From an uncultured delta proteobacterium (GTDB lineage: Bacteria; Myxococcota_A; Polyangia; Polyangiales; B10-G4): DNA of 64,000 nt. Under the pieces are notes generated by a model, which made no database searches, was not told the DNA's origin, and saw only the letters and a program-made list of their open reading frames with translations. Of this stretch, positions 59,400 to 64,000 are shown in pieces. The DNA is taken from positions 224,001-288,000 of the forward strand of contig CAVSGI010000012.1 of the NCBI GenBank assembly GCA_963727445.1, given 5' to 3'. The translations under genes were made by a program, and so were the position numbers. How positions within the stretch are numbered: position 1 is the first letter of the stretch; each line of letters begins with the position of its first letter.

Positions 59400-61096
59400 G
59401 GGCAGACCTCCGGGGTGGGACGGCGACGGGATCGGAAGACGTCCGAGGTGACGATCCTGAGGATGGTGGTGCGGATGCTCTGATGTTCGTCGCCGGCGAT
59501 CGACGAGGAGAGGCAGCGGTCCTCGGGGCGCGACATGCTCCGTCCGACGCCGTACTCGGCGAGCTTTCGCGTCACGCACTCGCGCACTGCCGGCGAGGTC
59601 GCCAGCATCGACGAGAGCTCGCGGCCGTCGTCGAAGGAGACCTCCTCACCGTCGATCTCGACGCTGCCGCTCGCATCGACGGGGAGGCCTGAGGGGTCGG
59701 TCGTCCGGAAAGCGCCGATGGCGTCGTACTCCTCGAAGCCCAGACCGAGTGGATCGATGGTGCGGTGGCAGTAAGCACAGGGATTTTGGCTGTGGAGCTC
59801 GAGCTGGTCCCGCAGCGTCCCGCCGGCGGCCGCCTCCTCTGCGAGGGGAGCGACGCCGGGCGGCGGCGCGCCGAGATCGGCGCAGAGGACCTTTCGCGCG
59901 ATGAACACCCCGCGGGCGATCGGGTTCTCGCGATCGGTCTTGCTTCGAACCGAGAGCAGGCTCGCGTGGGTGAGAACGCCCGAACGCTCTGACGGGTCGA
60001 GCTCCACGCGCGTGAGCGCGTCACCCGAGACGCCGTCGATGCCGTAGAAGGCGGCGAGCTGTCCATCGACGAAGGTGTAGTCGGCGTCGAAGGCGTCACC
60101 AAAGGTGCCATCCGAGTCGAAGGTGAGATCCTCGAGCAGCGCCAGGCTCTCCTTACGCATCGAGCTCGCGAGAGCGGGAGAGAACGCGGGGAAGAGCTCC
60201 GCGTCCGGCGCGAGGTGGCTCATCGACTCATCCTCGATGCCCAGCCACTGCTCGTTGAAGCGTGAGAGCGCCTTCCGCGCTCGGCCAGATTCGTGGTCGA
60301 GGAGCCACTCGGCCCAGCGGCCGATCCCGTCGGCGTCGTCGAGCTCGCCGGCTTCGGCTGCGTCGAGGAGCTCGTCCGGCGGCGTGGAGCTCCACAGGAA
60401 GAAGGAGAGGCGGCTGGCGATCTCGTAGCCGGAGAGCACGACCACTCCGCCGGCGGCCGACGGGCCACCGAGCTCGGCCCGGTAGAGAAAGCCGGGCATC
60501 TGGAGCATCGCCGTGACCACACCCTCCGCTGCGGCCTCGGGGGTATCGCCGATGTCCGCACCGCGCAGCGTGTCGTAGAGGGCGACGAGGGCGCCGAGCT
60601 CGTCCTCGGTCACCGGCCGCCGGAACATGCGGCGGCCGAGGTCGGCGACGAGGGTGCGCACGCACGACACGTCGGGGCAGGCGAGGGTGATGGCGCCGCT
60701 GCCCATCGCCTCGGCCGCGATCGCGGGCGCGATCTCTTCGAAGTGCTCGGTGGCGCTCGCGGTCGGGTTGAGCCCGGCGGCGTTCGTGTCGAAGAGGTCG
60801 CCGCCCGCCTCGACGTTCACGCGCATCGGGGCCGAATCGATCCCGAAGAGATCCGCGACGGTGTTGTTGTACTGGGTGCGGGTGAGCAGGCGCAGGGGCG
60901 TCTCGTCCGCGAAGCTCATCTCCCCTCGGCAGAGCGCCTCGCTGCCCGGGGCACCGTTGGGGCCGCCGTTGCGGCGGTCCCCACCCACGCCCCCGCCTGG
61001 CGAATTCGCGGCGTCCGAGATGACCCCCTGACAGCCGAGAACCACGAAGGCGAGGGAGGAGATCATCAGGACAGCGAGACGACGCATGACCCCCAT
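59396..61096 (-). CDS. DUF1592/DUF1588/DUF1587/DUF1595/DUF1585 multi-domain lipoprotein
   Basis: LRLLT..QYNNTV.DL, FRRP, FLYR.E, YEIASRLSFFLW...PD.EL, PI.RG, CAYCH..IDPLG..FE.YD.IG..R. Confidence 0.9.
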   Translation of the reverse strand: MGVMRRLAVLMISSLAFVVLGCQGVISDAANSPGGGVGGDRRNGGPNGAPGSEALCRGEMSFADETPLRLLTRTQYNNTVADLFGIDSAPMRVNVEAGGDLFDTNAAGLNPTASATEHFEEIAPAIAAEAMGSGAITLACPDVSCVRTLVADLGRRMFRRPVTEDELGALVALYDTLRGADIGDTPEAAAEGVVTAMLQMPGFLYRAELGGPSAAGGVVVLSGYEIASRLSFFLWSSTPPDELLDAAEAGELDDADGIGRWAEWLLDHESGRARKALSRFNEQWLGIEDESMSHLAPDAELFPAFSPALASSMRKESLALLEDLTFDSDGTFGDAFDADYTFVDGQLAAFYGIDGVSGDALTRVELDPSERSGVLTHASLLSVRSKTDRENPIARGVFIARKVLCADLGAPPPGVAPLAEEAAAGGTLRDQLELHSQNPCAYCHRTIDPLGLGFEEYDAIGAFRTTDPSGLPVDASGSVEIDGEEVSFDDGRELSSMLATSPAVRECVTRKLAEYGVGRSMSRPEDRCLSSSIAGDEHQSIRTTILRIVTSDVFRSRRRPTPEVCP

Positions 61097-61210
61097 CCTC
61101 GGTCTGCGCATGGCGTGGGTCCCCCCAGGGCCGCCAAGGTCTGCCAAGGTTTCAGCAAGTCACTGAAAACGCGCGCGTTTTCGCGCTATGTAGGCGTTTG
61201 TGCGCTTGCG

Positions 61211-63961
61211 CTACGGCAGGGCGTGAAGGGTCCCGCCGAGCGCGTATCCGGCCTCGGTGGTGAGCAGGTGACAGGGGGCGCCGGGGTCGTCTTCGAGCTC
61301 CTCTCGAAGGGCGCGCATCGCCACCTGAAGCCGCGCGTCGTGGCGGATGGGGTGGTACTCGGTCTCGTCCCAGGCACCGAGGACCAGCGCTTCCTTGCTG
61401 GCTTCACCGCCCGCGTCGAGGAGGGTCGTCAGCAGCGCCCAGCCGATGCGCTTGCGGGAGAAGGAGTGCTCCGTGCCCGGTCGCCATACGAGCTTGCGCG
61501 ACCGCCACATCCCCCAATGCGGCTCGCCTCCGCCGACCACCGCCGGGCGCGTGGCCGCGGGCGCACCGCAGACCGCTTCCTCGTAGCGATCGAGGGGCGC
61601 GCCTTCGCCGAGGAGGTGTTGGGCGAGGCGGCCGGTGGCGGGTTCCTTTCGCGTCGCGGCGAGGAGCTCGAGGGTGGCGTAGTCGACGTGGGGGGCGGCG
61701 AGGGCCGAGAACAAGAGGCCCTGCTGCGTCCACCGTTCGCATCCGTTTGCGCTCGCCACATCCACCAGCTTCTGCGCCCGCGCCGCGAGCTCGGTCTTGC
61801 GTCCCAACACCGAGAGCGCGGCGCACACCGTGGCCTCCGCACGGAGCTCGTGCAGCAGGTGCGAGATGCGCACCGCTCGCGAGGAGGCGGTGAGCGCGGT
61901 CTCGAGCGCGCCCTCGGCATCGCCCGAGACGAGCCGCTCGCAGGAACGCGCGATGAGCGCGTGCGCTTCGGCGTAGGCCGAGGTGGCGAGCTCGCCCAGG
62001 GGCTCGCCTCTTCGCGCCAGGGTCTCCGCCACGGCGACGCGCAGCAGATCCCCCTCGATGCCCGGCGGCTTCCGCACCGCGCTCAGCGCGCCGATCGACG
62101 GGTGCGTGCCCGTCATCAGGGCGAGGTCGAGCTCGAGGGCTCGGAGCTCTGCTGCGTTGGTCCGTGCGTCGTACCCATCCGCTTCGGCGCGCGCCGCGTC
62201 GAGGCGCGACTCGAGGCCGTCCACCTCGCCGCGCAGAAGCTTCAGCCGAACCTCCTGCGCCACGATCGGCGGCCTCAGGATGGAGGGGGATCGCGTGTAG
62301 GGCTCGAGCCTGGCGAGGGTCGCAGCCGCCCCCGCCACGTCGCCGAGGTCGATCGACGCGGCTGCACGGGCCAGCACCAACCGCCGTTCCACTCGTAGAG
62401 CGGTGGTCAGACGCGGGAACGTCGCGGCGATCAACGCCAGCACCTCACCGGATCGACCCAGCGCCCGGAGCGATTCCACCACGTCCGCGACCGCCTCCAT
62501 CTCCTCCACGCCGCTCCGCGTTCCGAGGGCGCGCGCGACGTCGATGGGGTCGGCGCTCGGGCGCCCGAGGAGAACCTCGGCGCGATTCCACAGCGCGTAG
62601 AGCCGAACGTCGCGGTTGCGATCCACATCGGCCGCCCTCAGGGTCTCGAGCGCTTCCTCGGGACGACCGCGCAGCAGCTGGCTCCGCAAGAACCACAACC
62701 ACTCGTCGATCTCCGCCGACGCGGCGGGCGGCTCTTCGCTCAGCGCGCGCAGGTTGCCTCGCGCATAGAGCGCGCGGGCGCGCGTGACGCCGCTGGCCGA
62801 GAGGCCGGTCTCGGTGACGCGATGAAGCGCCGTCGGATTGCCGAGGTGCGCAGCGCAGCGCGTTCGGCACGACTCGAGCGCCGGCTCCTCCCGGTGCTCG
62901 AGGAGGCGCCAGAGGCTGGTTCCATATCCCTCCGCGAGAAGCGCCGAGAGCCTGCTCTCCAGGGTCGGCGCGACGCTCGCGACGTCGCCGGCCTCGAGGC
63001 TGAGGCGCATGCCTTCGACGAAGAGCTCGGGGGAGGGCGACGCGATCAGGGCCTTGGCCAGCGCGGCTCGCTCCGGAAGCGTCTCCGCGTGGCGTCGCTG
63101 TCGGCGGACGACGTCGTGAAGGAGGAGCCCCGCCGGGCTCTGAAGCAGGAGCCCATAGCGCTTCAGGCGCGCCATGGATGGCTCGGAGGGGAGCGGGATC
63201 ACGGACCCGAGCAGCTCGAGAGGGACGGCGACGCGCAGGATGGAGAGCACGCGCAGGAGCGGCTCGGCGTCCGGGGGCAGGGCGGGCGTGGCCTTCTGCC
63301 TCGTGTCACCGAAGAGGGCCAGGCGAAGGGCGCCCGGGGAGCCGTGGGCTTCGGAGACCGCGCGCGCCACCGTGCCTCGCGGGCGTTCGGAGGAGACCTT
63401 CGTCGCGATGCGCGCCATGACGTCGTCGGGGAGCGCGCCGAGGCCGAGGCAGAAGAGTCGCTCGTCGTCCCGGGGGCGTTCGAGCATCAGGGCGATCCAC
63501 CGGCTGCCCTTCGCGTAGCGGGCGAGCAGATTCAGGAGCCCTTCGGTCTCGGCGCGGTTCGCGTTCTCGAGGTCGTCTACGACCACGCGCAGGCCACGTT
63601 CCTCGGCGAGGTCGAGGAGCGCCTCGACGCGCGCATCGGCGCTCTCGTGCAGAGCCGGCCAATCGATCTCCATCTCGAGGCCGGTCGCGTTACCGAGGGC
63701 GCGCACGAGAGCCGTCGTGAGCTCTTCGTCGCCGGTCCCGGGCGCGATCGAGACGTAGACCGCGCGTGGCAGATCCGGCGCGAGAGGGCCGTGCATCAAT
63801 GCGAGGGCGAGGCTGGTCTTGCCGATGCCCGAAGGCCCGAAGAGAGCGACCACCGGTGAGCGCTCGACGGCGGCGACGAGCTGGTCCACTTCGCGCTCCC
63901 GGCCTTCGAAACAGCCGGGAGGGTTCGGGACTCGGTAGGAAAGTGGGATCCGGCGGGCCAC
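61211..63961 (-). CDS. STAND-like P-loop ATPase with helical repeats and C-terminal winged-helix DNA-binding domain
   Basis: FEGRERE, Walker A GPSGIGKT, Walker B VVVDD, GxP (GSP); C-terminal SKEAL...W...LQV.M..LR..LE.DP..P..L.T...GY (OmpR-type wHTH). Confidence 0.82.
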   Translation of the reverse strand: MARRIPLSYRVPNPPGCFEGREREVDQLVAAVERSPVVALFGPSGIGKTSLALALMHGPLAPDLPRAVYVSIAPGTGDEELTTALVRALGNATGLEMEIDWPALHESADARVEALLDLAEERGLRVVVDDLENANRAETEGLLNLLARYAKGSRWIALMLERPRDDERLFCLGLGALPDDVMARIATKVSSERPRGTVARAVSEAHGSPGALRLALFGDTRQKATPALPPDAEPLLRVLSILRVAVPLELLGSVIPLPSEPSMARLKRYGLLLQSPAGLLLHDVVRRQRRHAETLPERAALAKALIASPSPELFVEGMRLSLEAGDVASVAPTLESRLSALLAEGYGTSLWRLLEHREEPALESCRTRCAAHLGNPTALHRVTETGLSASGVTRARALYARGNLRALSEEPPAASAEIDEWLWFLRSQLLRGRPEEALETLRAADVDRNRDVRLYALWNRAEVLLGRPSADPIDVARALGTRSGVEEMEAVADVVESLRALGRSGEVLALIAATFPRLTTALRVERRLVLARAAASIDLGDVAGAAATLARLEPYTRSPSILRPPIVAQEVRLKLLRGEVDGLESRLDAARAEADGYDARTNAAELRALELDLALMTGTHPSIGALSAVRKPPGIEGDLLRVAVAETLARRGEPLGELATSAYAEAHALIARSCERLVSGDAEGALETALTASSRAVRISHLLHELRAEATVCAALSVLGRKTELAARAQKLVDVASANGCERWTQQGLLFSALAAPHVDYATLELLAATRKEPATGRLAQHLLGEGAPLDRYEEAVCGAPAATRPAVVGGGEPHWGMWRSRKLVWRPGTEHSFSRKRIGWALLTTLLDAGGEASKEALVLGAWDETEYHPIRHDARLQVAMRALREELEDDPGAPCHLLTTEAGYALGGTLHALP

Positions 63962-64000
63962 GCCTTAACAGGTAACGCCCGCGCCTCGTCCGGCAACGAG

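Noticed and set aside
61211..63961. Avs-type antiphage STAND NTPase
   Set aside because: No N-terminal nuclease/TIR/SIR2 effector; the C-terminal wHTH indicates a transcriptional regulator

Overview
High-GC bacterial DNA, most likely Myxococcota (Polyangiales/Sandaracinaceae-like, inferred from gene content). The window holds the core translation/transcription cluster: tRNA-Thr/Tyr/Gly/Thr, tuf, rpmG, tRNA-Trp, secE and nusG, then rplK, rplA, rplJ, rplL, rpoB and rpoC. About 9.9 kb of accessory genes separate nusG from rplK. The stretch from rplK to the first half of rpoC (~16.5-25.4 kb) is full of single-base frameshifts, most likely a local sequencing or polishing artefact. Downstream of rpoC are a terminator, a perfect 73-bp direct repeat and ~36 kb of accessory genes. 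These include many lipoproteins, two sulfotransferases, two MFS transporters, a methyltransferase, a serine hydrolase, a LysR regulator, an RCC1-repeat protein and a rhomboid-TPR protease. Also present are a GH31 gene with one in-frame amber codon, a DUF1592/DUF1552 pair and a STAND-like ATPase regulator. The most notable points are (i) two tandem lipoproteins joining CX4CH cytochrome-c-like domains to 8-9 Cys-rich repeats, (ii) an rpmG stop codon lying inside the 5' end of tRNA-Trp, (iii) an EF-Tu with a non-canonical switch I, and (iv) a Ser/Thr kinase fused to a lipoprotein-like LamG module. No CRISPR array, rRNA or transposase was found. All family assignments come from motif recognition by eye, not database searches.
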